From positions 25,583,007-25,647,006 of the forward strand of contig NC_057720.1 of NCBI RefSeq assembly GCF_004010195.1: a stretch of DNA of 64,000 nt. Direction: 5' to 3'. The DNA comes from Chiloscyllium plagiosum. Taxonomy: Eukaryota. Made by a program: the position numbers and the translations under genes. The notes under the pieces are model-generated. The model did no database searches and was not told the DNA's origin. It saw only the letters and a list, made by a program, of their open reading frames with translations. The stretch's first letter is position 1; every line of letters begins with the position of its first letter. This document shows, in pieces, positions 36,590 through 50,084 of the stretch.

Positions 36590-36830
36590 AAATTCCCTAC
36601 AGTATGGAAACAGGCCCTTTGGTCCAACAAATCCCCACCAAGCATCTGAAGAGTAACCCATCCAGATCCATTACCATACCCTATATTTACCTCTAACTAA
36701 TGCAGCGAACACCATGGGCAATTTAGCATGGCCAATTTACCTGACCTGCACATCTTTGGATTGTGGGAGAAACCGGAGCACCCGGAGGAAACCCAAACAG
36801 ACACGGGGAGAATGTGCAAACTCCACACAG
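36590..36830 (-). mobile_element. V-SINE (HE1-like), 5'-truncated
   Basis: GGGCAATTTAGCATGGCCAAT..GAATGTGCAAACTCCACACAGA. Confidence 0.88.
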
Positions 36831-36846
36831 ATGAATACTGAATAAA

Positions 36847-37083
36847 TGCCTCATAGCGCCAGAGATCCGGGTTCAATTCCCGCCTCAGGCAACTGTCTGT
36901 GTGGAGCTTGCACATTCTCCCCGTGTCTGCGTGGGTTTCCTCTGGGTGCTCCGGTTTCCTCCCACAGTCCAAAAATGTGCAGGTTAGGTGAATTGGCCAT
37001 GCTAAATTGCCCATAGTGTTAGGTGAAGGGGTAAATGTAGGGGAATGGGTCTGGGTGGGTTGCTCTTCGGAGGGTCGGTGTGG
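36847..37083 (+). mobile_element. V-SINE (HE1-like)
   Basis: GCCTCATAGCGCCAGAGATCCGGGTTCAATTCCCG..CTGTGTGGAGCTTGCACATTCTCCCCGTG. Confidence 0.9.
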
Positions 37084-37887
37084 ATATATCCTTGAAAAGA
37101 AAAATTGTGGACTTCAGGGGACTAATTGGATCGTTCCTTCAAAGAGTGGAGACAAATTGGATGGAGTGAATACTTGTAACTTTCTGTGCTGTAAGATTCT
37201 CTGACTCTACGATTTGATGACTCAATTTAATTTCACCACAGTTTACTTGAATGTCAAAATGCTACCCATGAACTGAAGGCTATATTTGTATCTGACTTGC
37301 TATGCATTGATATTTATAGTCTGACTATGCTGTTGAGGAAGTCAGTTGCTTTCCATACAAAGTTCAGAAAAAAATCATTATCTGGCTCTTCTCACAAGGA
37401 ACTGTACAGTGAAGGAATATGAATTAGAGATACAGCTGCAAGATTGAAATGTTTATTTAAGCATGGATCCTCACCAGGATGAAGTTATCAGAGAAAGACA
37501 TGCAAGCAAATCACATACATTGCTTGTGAACTAAAGTTTCAGTTTCTTGATAAAGGATGGCATAGATCACCAAAAAAAAGGCAGAAGACAATTGGAAAGC
37601 AGAGAGTTGGATGAAGTCAGTAAATGTTAGTTCTGTAAGCCAGGCTGATAAGGTTTTGTCAACTTGTTTTATACAGCATGCTAGCTTTTATTCTTCAGTG
37701 AAGACAATGGGCTGTCAAGAAGCTTACAATCATTTCTTTACAGTGCAGCATAGTGACTATAGCGGTATTAGGTCGGTGTTAGAAAGTATATGGGCAAATA
37801 TAGCAGATTTAGACATCTGATTGTTGCCATGCAAGTGATGTTGTTTGCCACGCTGTTATGCTTTCTTTAAAAGAACAAACGTACATT

Positions 37888-38017
37888 TGGCGAAAGTGAG
37901 AACTGCAGATGCTGGAGATCAGAGTTGAGAGTGTGGTGCTGGGAAAGCACAGCAGGTCAGACAGCATCCGAGGAGCAGGAGAATCGATGTTTCAGGCTTA
38001 AGCCATTGATCAGGAAT
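37888..38017 (-). mobile_element. PLE terminal-repeat family A, solo copy
   Basis: Full-length unit with decayed hammerhead; ATTTGG on both flanks. Confidence 0.85.
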
Positions 38018-40911
38018 GAAAATTTGGAGGAAATATGCGCACAGTGCATGAATGGATGACTTAGTGCCACGGAGCATTTTGACGTGTAGCTATGATATGC
38101 AAATGTTAAAGTGACATTGGAATTATTGTGGAATACCATCTGTAAAGCTCAACCACCAACATCATGAACATGGAAATATCAGTGCCAGATATGAAAGGAT
38201 GGGCAAGTGCTAGTTATGTTCTGTTACTGAGAGAGTATTATGTTTGGAACCCAATTCATATATTTGCGTAGATACCATTTGAGATGGCAGTGAAAGTGCA
38301 GTTTTGTCTTAGCATTATTTCAGAGTCCTGACCATTTCTTTCTCATCTGTTTCATGATCTAAAAACATAAAAGATTAAATATATTAGTCCTCTCTGCAGT
38401 GCTTATTGTAGCAAAGGGAAGGGATAGTGTACACACAAGTATAAATACTCTCATCATTTTCAGCTTTTGCTGCAAAATATTAAAACAGGCAACATTAATG
38501 AGAACAATTTTTCTAATGTTGCCTTGATAAAGTTTCATAACTGGTCCTCAATCAAGCCTAAGCAGTGAAATATTGTCAAATGAAGCAAACATCCTTTTGT
38601 AAGCTGATGCAGTCCGAAATGCTTTCTTGATCCATTCCCTGAGAATGGGGGATTGATGGTAAATGTGCAGAGGGTACTTCTCGCTCCTTACTTCCTGGCT
38701 TCACTGACATTTCTCCTATATTGTTTTCATATATGTTTAAAGATAGGCAGACATACAAATTTTTTTAAAAGTCCTGATAATAACACTGACTCATTTATTT
38801 TGAATTAAAACTCTTTTTAATGTCTTCCTCATGTCTTCCAATCCCCATCTTCCCTGTGGTCAACACTGAACACAAACATAAGACATTTACTTCTTTGAAA
38901 TGTCAGTGTCAACTGTAGGGGACCCAACTGTGTAAATGAGTGTATTCATCAGCGATCTAAGCAGATCTCCTTATTTGTTCCACCAGACAGTAAAATGCTA
39001 ACTCAAGCAGGTTCACCACTAGGGTAATAATATATGCAATTGAATTTTGTGATTATAATGATTTTTAAAAAGGTGTGATGTTGGATGGAAATTTTAATAT
39101 TTTGACTCAAACTGGCTAGTAAGTAACGTGAGAAAGAGTGCCCACACGATTAGAAATATCCATTACAATTGCTGTCTGATTGGGGAAAGAATTGAGAAAT
39201 TATTTAAAATGATAACTTTGATTTTGGACAGCAAACTCTTCATGAAGTTTAACTGTGCGTTGTTATCCCTCTTATGCAGTTCCATCATTTTAATTGTCCA
39301 TGGGGCAAAAGCATGCCATGTCATGACTTTCTAAACATCTGGAATGGTGTTTAACGTTTAAACACTTTTGTTTTGGTTCTAGAAACTGCTTAGAATGGTC
39401 CTCAAATTTAACTTTTTGCAGTGAATGCTCTGCTGTTTCCTACTTATCTCGGTGTAATCAAATTTTAGACTTTTGATTAATTTTAGACTTTTAAATACAA
39501 CAGCAGAGACTCCAGACAAAAGAAATTAGAAAGTAAAAGAATGAAACAATATTTGTAATATTCATTTTCACCAGCTGCTGGTAAGGTTTGATTCAGGGGA
39601 AGGCGCTAATGAACATCAATTTAACAGAATACATTTTTTTACTAGACAAGTGTAACCCAAATTCAATTAACAGCAGACGTGCTGTGTATACAAAATGATG
39701 TGCAACATTTCATGAAAATTATGAATTGAAAGTTCTGATTCACCAAAGTTTTTTTTTCCTTCAAGCTAGACTGAGAAGATTGTAAATTACCTGTTTATGG
39801 TTTTCTTACTGGCATTTGGGATTTAATTATACATTACTTCTATGTTCTACTCATGGTGATTATTGTCCAACACATGCAGTTAGACATGTCTTGAGGACGG
39901 GATGGTTAAATTTCCTTTGGTATAGTCAGAACACAATTGGGCAGAATGGGGGAAATTTTAACTGCACCCAAAACAGCAGGTTGGGGTGAGGTTTGGGGAT
40001 GTTACTGGATTAACAGTCTAAATCTAATCCTAATCCACCTACATACTGCTCACTTTTGCTTTTAATGATTTTAAATGGATATGGAGCATGAGGAGCAGGC
40101 AGCTAATCTGCTCCAACTTCATGGGTTGGTATTTTAAATATTATAATCAGGTTGCATACCTCCATTTTGGCTGGGTTGGCTGGGTTTCCTGTAGTCTGGA
40201 AAGTGTGGAATGGGTGGGAGACAGGAACAGTCTAAAGATTAAGAAAAAGAAATGATGAATATACCCCTCAATATATGGCTTTTATACACGAGTGCACCAA
40301 AAGACACAAAGAGATACTATGAGTTTGAGGGCAGCGTAATCTGAGTCCACGCTGAAAATTTATGAAAACAATTGGTGCTAGATTTCAGACCGATGGAATA
40401 ATCAGGATCATTGTCATCTCCAGTATGAATCCAGATCAAAACCAGTATACTTCAATAGAACTTGTACTAGTCCATATAGGTTTCCCATCTGGGGACTCAG
40501 CAACTAAACCAAGATAAGGGTCTGCTGGATCAGTCAGTAACGCTTTTCCATGGGTCCAGAGTGCCTGCTTGGTAACCAGATTCGATCTCAAGTTTTTTTT
40601 CCAATTACCCTATAGTCTCCTGTCACTGAGGCCTCTGATTTTCTTCCTGCTCCACTTCACCCCCAGCCTCTGAGCTCTCTCACCCCTCTACTTTAACGGT
40701 CAACACTAGGCTTCCCATTGCTTACCTGAGCCTCTGACCATGCTCCTGGATCCCAGAGTTGAACTTTCTCCAGACTGTTCTCCAGCACTGCACCATCAAC
40801 CCATTGGATCCAGTAAGTGAAAACTCCTTCAAATAGCCTTTGATTTTGCAGTGGACAATAAAGGAACAGCGTTCATCACACATTCAGCTGATTAAGTGGC
40901 CAATATTAACA

Positions 40912-41447
40912 GGTTTTGAGAAAACTTGTAGCTCAGGTTGAGGTTCTGGATGTAGGTTTGCTCACTGAGCAAGAAAGTTCACTTTCAGATGCTTCGTCAC
41001 CATACTAGGTTACATCTTCAACGAGCCTCCGAATGAAGCACTGCTGATGTTTCCTGCTTTCTATTTACATGTTTGGGTTTTTTTGGGTTGGTGATGTCAT
41101 TTTCTATGGTGATGTTGTTTCCTGTTCTTTTTCTCACGGGGTGGTAAATGGTGTCCAAGTCAACATATTTGTTGATAGAGTTCCAGTTGGAATGCCATGC
41201 TTCTGGAATTCTCGTGCATGTTTCTGTTTGGCTTTTCCTAGGATGGATGTGTTGTCCCAGTCAAAGTGGTGTCCTTCCTTATCTGTATGTAAGGATACTA
41301 GTGAGAGAGGGTCATGTTCTTTTGTGGCTAGTTGATGTTCATGTGTCCTGGTGGCTAGTTTTCTGACTGTTTGTCCAATGTAATGTTTGTTAGAGTTCTT
41401 GCAAGGTATTTTGTAAATGGCATTAGTTTTGCTTGTTGTCTGTGTAG
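40912..41447 (-). mobile_element. PLE 3' end, Penelope/Poseidon-like GIY-YIG endonuclease fragment plus terminal repeat (family D)
   Basis: NAIYKIPCKNSNKHYIGQTVRKLATRTHEH..HHFDWDNTSILG..REF; decayed hammerhead TTGAAGA T GTAACC TAGTAT GGTGAC GAAG CA TC at about 40986-41023. Confidence 0.88.
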
Positions 41448-42049
41448 GGATCTCTGTGCATAGCTCTTTAGGCAAGCACAATCTTCATGAAGACACACAG
41501 GACATGGGACTGGACCTAAAGCACTGTTGGACATTTTAGATGCCATTCCAGGGTCAAGATCATATTGTGTGCATGTGTGAGAGTTCATACCTTGCACTCT
41601 GTAGTGAAGTTATTAAGCATAAACAGATACCTCCCACTGACTACATGCAAAGTAAGCAGATGTGTAATACCGATTTGATGGAAATGGTGCTACTTTGGAG
41701 TTCCGTATTGTAGCCAATGATCTCGTTTAACCTCACATAACTGAGCATGCAATCATTTGAGTGAATAATTCATATTGGTGCATCCCATTGCTGCACTGTT
41801 TCCTGCCCCACCCTGTGACCCAACCCATTGTCCACCAATGCTATTTAAAAGGACCATCAATTACTTACTGGTCAATATCTTCCGACTGTTTGTATAAGTC
41901 TGCAAGTGCATGGTGCTTCTGTAGCTTTTCTATGTTACAAAATTGACAGGGAGCGGTGTGGCACAAGCTGGAGGCATTAATAGCTCTAACTTCAATGCTT
42001 CTAAACAAACTATTTGCTCCGAGACTTGAGGTGTATTAATAAGATTTGT

Positions 42050-43000
42050 CCTTGTGTATGGCTAGACTGGGAACAGAGGCTCTACAGTATTTAAAAGAAA
42101 AGTCTGGAAGAGAGAGAAAGAGAAAAGATTTCAGCAGGAGGCCAGATCTTCCAAGATTGTTCAGATACCAATTTTCCTTCCTGAATTTAATGGAAGTACA
42201 ATACAGGAGATGCTTGCACTCCATGAATGATGTCCTCTGCTGCAGTCACAACTACATCTTCAGGCTGGGGAAAGACCACGTTATTAATGGCTGGAAGGAT
42301 GACAGTGATGATGAACTTTTATGTATCTGGCCCTTTTAGGTTGGAGCTGGATATATTTGCCAGACTTTGAAGGTTACTATACCTTGATGTTTAAGGGAGG
42401 TCACAGACTGCTAGTTAAAAATTTTATTCATACCAGAGACATTCATCATCAAAGACAAGGTGAGCAGAATGGTTTGCTGGCTGCCCTGTGGTGCAGATGT
42501 CATTAACCACACACACAACACTTTCAGGTCCATCATCTCAATTCTGTTGTGTGCCAGAACTGAAATGATTCCATTCGAGTAGCGCCTGACCACAGGCATG
42601 CCGGTCAATGCCCGGTATCCTGTTGGTATTCATGATAGCTTAGTTTTCTAGCAATCTGTAGTGCCTGCTGCTTTTGTGCCAACTGAGTTCCGAGTACTAT
42701 GTGGTGATCACATGGCTGATAGTGCTAGTTTGCAAGTTATGTATACATTCTCCACATGGATACACTAAGAATCTTGATACCACAATGAATGTGACGGATA
42801 AGTTAGCAGTCATACTTCTGCGTGACTGCTGACTTTGTCCACCCCAGTCCAACACTGGCATCTCCACATCACATGAATGGATAATGCACTGGGGTACAAT
42901 CCTCCCGCTGCCTGGATTGCGCTGTGTGAGCCTGGCAGAGAACAGGCAAAGACTTGCTGATCCACTACGTGTTATACAGCATTGCCACCATAACAGAACT
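42050..43000 (+). mobile_element. PIF/Harbinger transposase fossil
   Basis: RRPDLPRLFRYQFSFLNL.E.Q..RCL (N-terminal), VNARYPVGIHDSLVF*QS (42604-42657, resembling ..ARFPGS.HDA.I..QS) and RCLD (42906-42917), in the expected order. Confidence 0.7.
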
Positions 43001-43060
43001 ATTCATATTCTCAGGTAAACAGTGAGCAACTGAGGAATAGGAGCATGGAAAAGTGGATTA

Positions 43061-43390
43061 GGGCAACACGGTGGCTGAGTGGTTAACACTGTTGCCTCAT
43101 TGCACCAGGTTCACTTCTGTGTGGAGTTTGCACATTCTCCCTGTTTCTGCGTGGGTTTCCTCTGGGTGCTCCGGTTTCCTCACACAATTCAAAGATATGC
43201 ATGCTAGATGAATTGGCACCATGCTAAATGGCCCACAGTGTTCAGGGATGTGTAGGTTAGTTGCATTAGTCAAGGGAAATGTAGAGCAATAGGGTAGGGG
43301 AATGGGGTCTGGGTGGGATACTGTTTGGAAGGTCGGTTTGGACTTGTTAGGCCAGATGGCCTGTTTCCACATTGTAGGGATTCTGTGAAT
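43061..43390 (+). mobile_element. V-SINE (HE1-like)
   Basis: GGGCAACACGGTGGCTGAGTGGTTA..TGTGGAGTTTGCACATTCTCC..TAGGGATTCT. Confidence 0.88.
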
Positions 43391-44127
43391 GAGGAGTAAG
43401 AGGAATCAGTGACAGCATCAATCATCCTGATCTGTCTGGTAAACAACAAATTTGTATGTGACACCAGCAACCTCAACCTTGATTCTCCATCAGTCAATAG
43501 GTTTCTGGCACTGAGCATCGCATTATTATATGGTAGGTACACAGCAAAACTGAAAACCAACAGATAATAAATAATACAAACCAAGTTTAGATATCAAATC
43601 TAAACAAATCATTCTTCCCCATCTCTGGTTGCCTTTCACTGACGTTTTGGTCCCAAGCGGTGGAAAGAGGAGGATTTGCTATATGAGGCAAAGGATAAGG
43701 TATGACATTAGTCATTGTTGGGCTGATTTCATTCTGCTGCTGCACACGGAATCAGGAATGGCTGTTCCAGTAATGGCCAGCACCACCTCATGGGAGCCTT
43801 TTTACCCTTCAGTTTGTTCCTGCTTCCTCCAGTTACGATGAAATCGCCAAAAACAGAGGAGATGGTGTGATGTGATTGTCATTATAGAATAGCCTGGCGG
43901 TATTTACCCCCTGTGAGATGCGATATGTCGGTGTGAGTTTTGCAGCAGTGCTAACTTAGCAAGGGATGGTGCATATGAACATGCTGTGATGCTCCACGTC
44001 AGTAGTCAATCTGAGTTATGTTGGATACAGGTTGTTTGTCAGTGAATGCTGATGAAATGACTTAAGCAGTATTTGAGGCTGGTAATGAAGTTGGTCTGAT
44101 ATAATATTTTGAAGATGCATTACTGAC

Positions 44128-44347
44128 TTTGTGCACTCCTGTGCGATCATTGAACTTCCTGTGACACTCCTTGAGGTTAGGTGCTTGACATTGAATTCTA
44201 CTAAATTGCATTATTTTTTGAATGTGTATTGGGGGACTTCCTGGCCTGTTGTGGAGTCAGAATAACTTGCCTACTGTCTATCTCCCCCAACACCTTGAGT
44301 ACAGTGCGTAAGATCGTGAGAAATTGTTTTCTCCCACATTGTGCCAT
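44128..44347 (-). mobile_element. Myb/SANT-like DNA-binding ORF fossil of a Harbinger element
   Basis: MAQCGRKQ..LKVLGEIDSRQVIL.P..RK, then in another frame APNLKECHRKFNDRT, resembling ..QCRKKFNDL of MSANTD-type domains. Confidence 0.55.
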
Positions 44348-45369
44348 TCTTCCCTGTTTTTCCAGGATTGAGTCATTACCTGGATGACTCACAACATGCT
44401 CTCCAGCCAGAACGCATCTTTCATCTTTAAGAGCTGCAAACTGGCTTAAAGTAGTGCCAGGAATTGATGATTGTGGGCTCCCTGTTGAGTGAGTGCAGAC
44501 CATGAACAACACAGTTAGTGATGACAGCAATCATGCACATTGGCAGGCAGTACAAAGGTTAAGAGGTGCTTGGATTTCCATCAACAGACATGGATTAATT
44601 GGGCAATACCATCCAAATGCCTGATTCTACGGCTAGCCAATTAGCCCAGACACCATCTAAAGCAGGAATTATGATGTACAACATTACTTTAGCTGGACAA
44701 TCATGGATAGAAATCAAAGTAAAGAATGGGAGGGAGAGAAATGGGACTAAGGAGACAGAGAACAAAGTTAAAAGAAAATGCTTTTTCTTTTTTATTAATT
44801 TTATTAAACAATACAGTTTACAAAACAATGAACATTAACAGCTGTATACAGAGAAACAGCAACTTACAAGGGAGAGGAGTGGCAAAGCCAGGCCCCAAAC
44901 CCTAACGTTCAACCAGTTTTCAGGGAAATGAGGACAACCCTTGAATCCCACTTTCAGTCATCACAAAACAGTAACAGTAACAAATACATATAAGACAGTC
45001 CAATTAGATAAAAAAAGTGAGGAAATGCTTTTTCAAATGTTGTACAAGAATTAAACTCTGCAGGAATGTAACTGCCCACTTGATGAATTAAGTTTTCAAT
45101 GCTGCAATGATTCATTGGCAATAATTGGGTATTTGCATGTTCACTATCACCTGAATGCACCAATCTGAAATGACTCTGGCATCTTTAACTAATGAGTAAG
45201 TACACCAATTCCAAACCCTTACATGGATTTCAGTGCTGAATCTATTTGTAATGTCCAAGTGCAGTGAAGTCTGTAGAACAGCAGGATAGTTCCAAAAATG
45301 ATTTCATCACTTCCAAGTTTAACTGTACATGAATGGACTCCTGAAGTTACACTGATCAAGATTAAACAA

Positions 45370-45500
45370 AGGAAGTGCGCATGCTGGAGGTCTGAAACAA
45401 ATAAAAACAAAAATTGCTGGAGAAACTGAGCAGGTCTGACAGCATCTGTGGAGAGAAAGAGAGTTAACCTTTCGAGTCCAGTGACCCTTCTTTAGAGCTA
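45370..45500 (-). mobile_element. PLE terminal-repeat family B, solo
   Basis: Minus strand AGCT CTAAAGA A GGGTC ACTG GACTC GAAA GG TT AACT, a decayed hammerhead. Confidence 0.78.
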
Positions 45501-45519
45501 GAACTTCTTTAAAATACTT

Positions 45520-47742
45520 GATGGAGAGGAATTTGTTAAGTGTGTACCAGAAAATGTTCTGATTCAGTATATGGGTGTACCTCCTAGAGAAGGTGCAAGA
45601 CTTGACCTACATTTGGGAAATAAGGCAGGGCAGGTGACTGAGGTGCCAGTTGGGGGAGCACTTTGGGGCCAGTAACCATAATTCTACTTGGTTTAAAATA
45701 GCGATGGGAAAGGATAGACCAGATCTAAAAGTTGAAGTTCTAAATTGGAGGAAGGCTAATTTTGATGGTATTAGGCAAGAACTTTCAAAAGCAGATTGCG
45801 GGCAGATGTTCGCAGGTAAGGAAAATGGGAAGCCTTCATAAATGAGATTACAAGAGTCCAGAGAATATATTCCTGTCAGGGTGAAAGGAAAGGCTGGTAG
45901 GTATAGGGAATGCTGAGAGAAATTGAGGGTTTGGTTAAGAAAAAGAATGAAGCATGTTAGGTACAGATAAGATAGATCGAGTGAATCCTTAAAAGAGTAG
46001 AAAGGCAGTAGGAGTATACTTAAGAGGGAAATCAGGAGGGTAAAAAGGGGACATGAGATCGCTTTGGCAAATAGGGTTAAGGAGAATCCAAAGGGTTTTC
46101 ACAAATACATTAAGGACAAAAGGGTAACTAGGGAGAGAATAGGGCCCCTCAAAGATCAGCAAGGTAGCCTTTGTGTGGAGCTACAGGAGATAGGAGAGAT
46201 ACTAAACGAGTATTTTGCATCAGTGTTTCCTGTGGAGAAGGACATGGAAGATATAGAATGTAGGGAAATAGATGGTGACATTTTGAAAAATGTCCATATT
46301 ACAGCGGAGAAGGTGTGGATTGTCTTGAAATGCATATAAGTGGATAAATCCCCAGGACTTGATCAGGTGTACACTAGAACTCTGTGGGAAGCTAGGGAAG
46401 TGATTGCTGGGCCCCTTACTGAGATATTTGTGTCATCAGTAGTCACAGGTGAGGTGCCAGAAGACTGGAGGTTGGCTAACGTGGTGCCACTGTTTAATCA
46501 TGTCTCACAAACTTGATTGAGTGGTTTGAAGAAGTAACAAAGAGGATTGATGAGGGCAGAGTGGTAGACATGATCAATATGGACTTCAGTAAGGCATTCG
46601 ACAAGGTTCCCCATGGAAGACTTGCGAGCAAGGTTAGATCTCATGGAATACAGGGAGAACTTGCCATTTGGATACAGAACTGGCTCGAAGGTAGAAGCCA
46701 GATGGTGGTGGTGGAGTGTGTTTTTCAGACTGGAGGCCTGTAATCAGTGAAGTACCACAAGGATCAGTGCTGGGTCCACTACTTTTCGTCATTTATATAA
46801 ATGATTTGGATGTGAGCATAAGAGTGTAGTTAATGAGTTTGCAGATGACACCAAAATTGGAGATGTAGTGGACAGCGAAGAAGGTTACTTCAGATTACAA
46901 CAGGATCTTGATCAGATAGGCCAATGGACTGAGCAATGGCAGATGGAGTTTTATTTAGACAATAGCGAGGTGCTGCATTTTGGGAAAGCAAATCCGAGCA
47001 GAAATTATACACTTAATGGTAAGGTCTTTGGGAGTGTTTCTGAACAAAGAGGTCTTGGAATGCAGGTTCAGAGCTCCTTGAAAGTAGAGTCGCAGGTAGA
47101 TAGGATAGTGAAGAAGATGTTTGGTATGCTTTCATTTACTGGTCAGAGTATTGAGTACAGGAGTCGTGAGGTCTTGTTGCGGCTGTACAGGACATTGGTT
47201 GGGCCACTTTTGGAATACTGCATGCAATTCTGGTCTCCTTCCTATCAGAAGGATGTTGTGAAACGTAAAGGGTTCAGAAAGGAGTTACAAGGATGTTGCC
47301 AGGATTGGAGGATTTGCGCTTTAGGGAGAGGCTGAACAGGCTGGGGCTGTTTTCCCTGGAACATCGGAGGCTGAGGGGTGACCTTATAGAAGTTTATAAA
47401 ATCATGACGGGCATGGATAGGATAAATAGATAAAGTCTTTTCACTGGGATGGGGGAGTCCAGAACTAGAGGGCATAGGTTTAGGGTGAGCGGGGAAAGAT
47501 ATAAGAGACCTAAAGGGCAACTTTTTCATGCAGTGGGTAATACGTGTATGGAATGAGCTGCCAGAGGAAGTGGTGGAGACTGGTACAATTGCAACATTTA
47601 AGAGGCAACTGGATGGGTATATGAATAGGAAGGGTTTGGAGGGATATGGGCCGGGTGCTCTCAGGTGGGACTAGATTAGGTTGAGATAGCTGCTTGACAT
47701 GAACGAAGGTCTGTTTCTGTGCCGTACATCTCTATGACTCTA
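45520..47742 (+). mobile_element. CR1 LINE (HER1-like) with an internal deletion near 46497
   Basis: End of endonuclease (GEHFGASNHN), NPKGFHKYIK, MDFSKAFDKVPHG, FADDTK, 3' tail; jumps from PLF straight to SCLTNL. Confidence 0.95.
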
Positions 47743-48436
47743 TTTTAGGTCACGAACCAATGTTCTGCTGGGATATTAAAACTGCACTCAATATTGTCTG
47801 AAAATGTCACCTGATACTTCTGGTCCATGAGGATTTTACATTAAGCAATATACAAGCATGTTTCTGTCGCAAGTTTTAAAAGGTTATCTAGAGCCATTTT
47901 GCATTCAGTTTAAAGACTGTACCGAAACAAAAGTTTTTTACTGGTTTTATATCCTTTCAAAAATAAGGCCAGTCCATATTTGGTTGTCCAAAGATTAAAA
48001 ACAAAGGCCTAGAGTTACCTCTTTGGCTCTTAAAATGCAAGATGAACCCTAATACAGCTTCTGTAATGCATTATCAAGTCACTGCTGACCTTGCCTTGGA
48101 GTTTCTTTTCTCTTCCATGCAAATGGTGACTTCCATGAGCAACTGTATGGGAGAAGAGGTAAGCTGGCTAGAATATCCAACTCAGTCCTCAAAAATAGCA
48201 GCACAGAACTCAGTATCATTTAAATTGCCATAAATGATATCCTCTTCACCAAGCCCCACGCCTGTTCTCTCCCATCCATACTTCCATGCTCCCACATATC
48301 CCCATGCTATGCTATCCCATGTGTACTCTACCTGCTGACTATAGTCCTCAAGAACCATGCAACAACAATGTGTGCTGGTGAGAACAAAACATTAAATCTA
48401 CAAGCAATCCAATAAAATTCTCATTTCCAACTTTTT

Positions 48437-48740
48437 AGATTAGATTGCTTACAGTGTGCAAACAGGCCCTTCAGCCCAACAAGTCCTCACCGACCCACCA
48501 AAGTGCAACCCACCCAGACCCATTCCCCTACATTTACCCCTTCACCTAACACTGTGGGCAATTTAGCATGGCCAATTCACCTGACCTGCACATTTTTGGA
48601 CTGTGGGAGGAAACCGGAGCACCCGAAGGAAACCCACGCAGACACGGGGAGAATGTGCAAACTCCACACAGTCGCCTGAGGTGGGAATTGAACCCAGGTC
48701 TCTAGCGCTGTGAGGCAGCAGTGCTAACCACTGTGCCACC
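48437..48740 (-). mobile_element. V-SINE (HE1-like), full length, young
   Basis: Antisense GGTGGCACAGTGGTTAGCACTGCTGCCTCACAGCGC..; (TTAGA)n tail. Confidence 0.92.
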
Positions 48741-48749
48741 CACTATTTA

Positions 48750-49695
48750 TTTCATTTGTTCACAGGATGTGGACATCACTGGCTAGACTGAGCATTTTTT
48801 GCCCATCCCAAAGGGTGATTAAGATTCAACCACATTGCTGTGAGCCTGGAACCAGGCCAGGTAAGGAGGGTGTTTCTTTTTCCCTAAAAGTGTGATGATG
48901 CTGCTCCTTTCACAAGATTATGTTGTCCTTGGTTTTTGTTCAGACTGGTCATAAATGCATAGATTCTGAAATATCTGGGTTTACCTACTCGAAGAAGCTT
49001 TTAAGTTTTTAAACAAACACTTGTACAATGAAAGTGGAGTGGTCAGTTCTCCCAGCTCAGCTTTTCTCTGGTTTGGTTTGGTTTTAGCAAGCAGTTTGTT
49101 TGTCTTTTGTTAGACTGCTAATCCAACAAGCAGCTACATGAAAGAAGGTGTTCCATACTGAATCCCTCTGCCATCTCTTTCTCTCTCTCTCTCCTGTAAG
49201 ACCCTCTCTATGATTTTTACCTTTTCTGCCAAGGGGTGTTTATGAGGATTATTGCAGGGATTTAGAACTGCATCATTAAGTTAGGATAGTCTGTTGGGTT
49301 TTTGGATAGGTTGCTATTCTATATTCTGTTCTCTTTTGCCTGTGTTTCATTCGATAATCTTGCAAATAAATTCTGTTTTGTTTAAACTGAATGCTTGGGC
49401 CAGCTGCATCCCTCCTGGAATATCCTGCTTAAAACAATCAGCAAAGTTAGGGTCTGGGATACCTTCTTGAAATGTTTTCAGGGGGTCTGGCCTGGTCCAT
49501 TACAAAGGACATTAGTGAACCAGTTGGGTTTTTCTCCAACAATTGATAATGCTAGTTATCATTAGACTCCTCATTCCAGATTTTTATTGAATTCAAATTC
49601 CATAATCTCCCAAGGAAGGATTCATCCAGTCCAGAACATTAACTGGGTCTCTAGATTAAAAATCCAACAATAATGCCACTTGACCATTGCCTCCC
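48750..49695 (-). mobile_element. tRNA-derived SINE split by a solo LTR
   Basis: Core TTCCCTAAA(G)G|GACATTAGTGAACCAG rejoins across 48891-49504. Confidence 0.75.
48891..49504 (+). mobile_element. Solo LTR
   Basis: TGT...ACA termini, 4-bp flanks AAAG/AAGG, AATAAA near 49365, clean interruption of a SINE. Confidence 0.8.
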
Positions 49696-49868
49696 CACAA
49701 TGGTACTGAGTCAAAGTGACCACAGGCCGAACATTGGATATTCTAAATTAACCAACAGCCAGAAAGATCAGGCCTGATAGAAAATTGGCCAGACTAAATT
49801 AAACAACAGCTAGCCGTTATCATCTACAGAAAACAGTGGAAAACAAGATCAAAGGTGAAATGGTTATA

Positions 49869-50084
49869 GCTGAAAATGTGTTGCTGGAAAAGTGCAGCAG
49901 GTCAGGCAGCATCCAGGGAACAGGGGAATCGACGTTTCGGGCATAAGCCCTTCTTCTTCCTGAAGAAGGGCTTATGCCCGAAACGTCGATTCTCCTGTTC
50001 CCTGGATGCTGCCTGACCTGCTGCGCTTTTCCAGCAACACATTTTCAGCTCTGATCTCCAGCATCTGCAGACCTCACTTTCTCT
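49869..50084. mobile_element. PLE terminal-repeat family A, near-perfect fold-back
   Basis: 89-bp arms 49868-49956 and 49962-50050 with 2 mismatches and a 5-nt loop; perfect 13-bp TSD TGAAATGGTTATA (49856-49868, 50085-50097). Confidence 0.93.
49958..49993 (+). ncRNA. Minimal type I hammerhead ribozyme motif (family A), core intact
   Basis: TC CTGAAGA A GGGC TTAT GCCC GAAA CG TC GATTCT; ACGT palindrome; predicted GUC cleavage after 49987; stem I is only 2 bp in this copy. Confidence 0.6.

Noticed and set aside
39930..40900. Possible non-autonomous DNA transposon remnants (also 20660-21290 and 52620-53175)
   Set aside because: Composition is suggestive, but I could not pair TIRs or find TSDs by eye.
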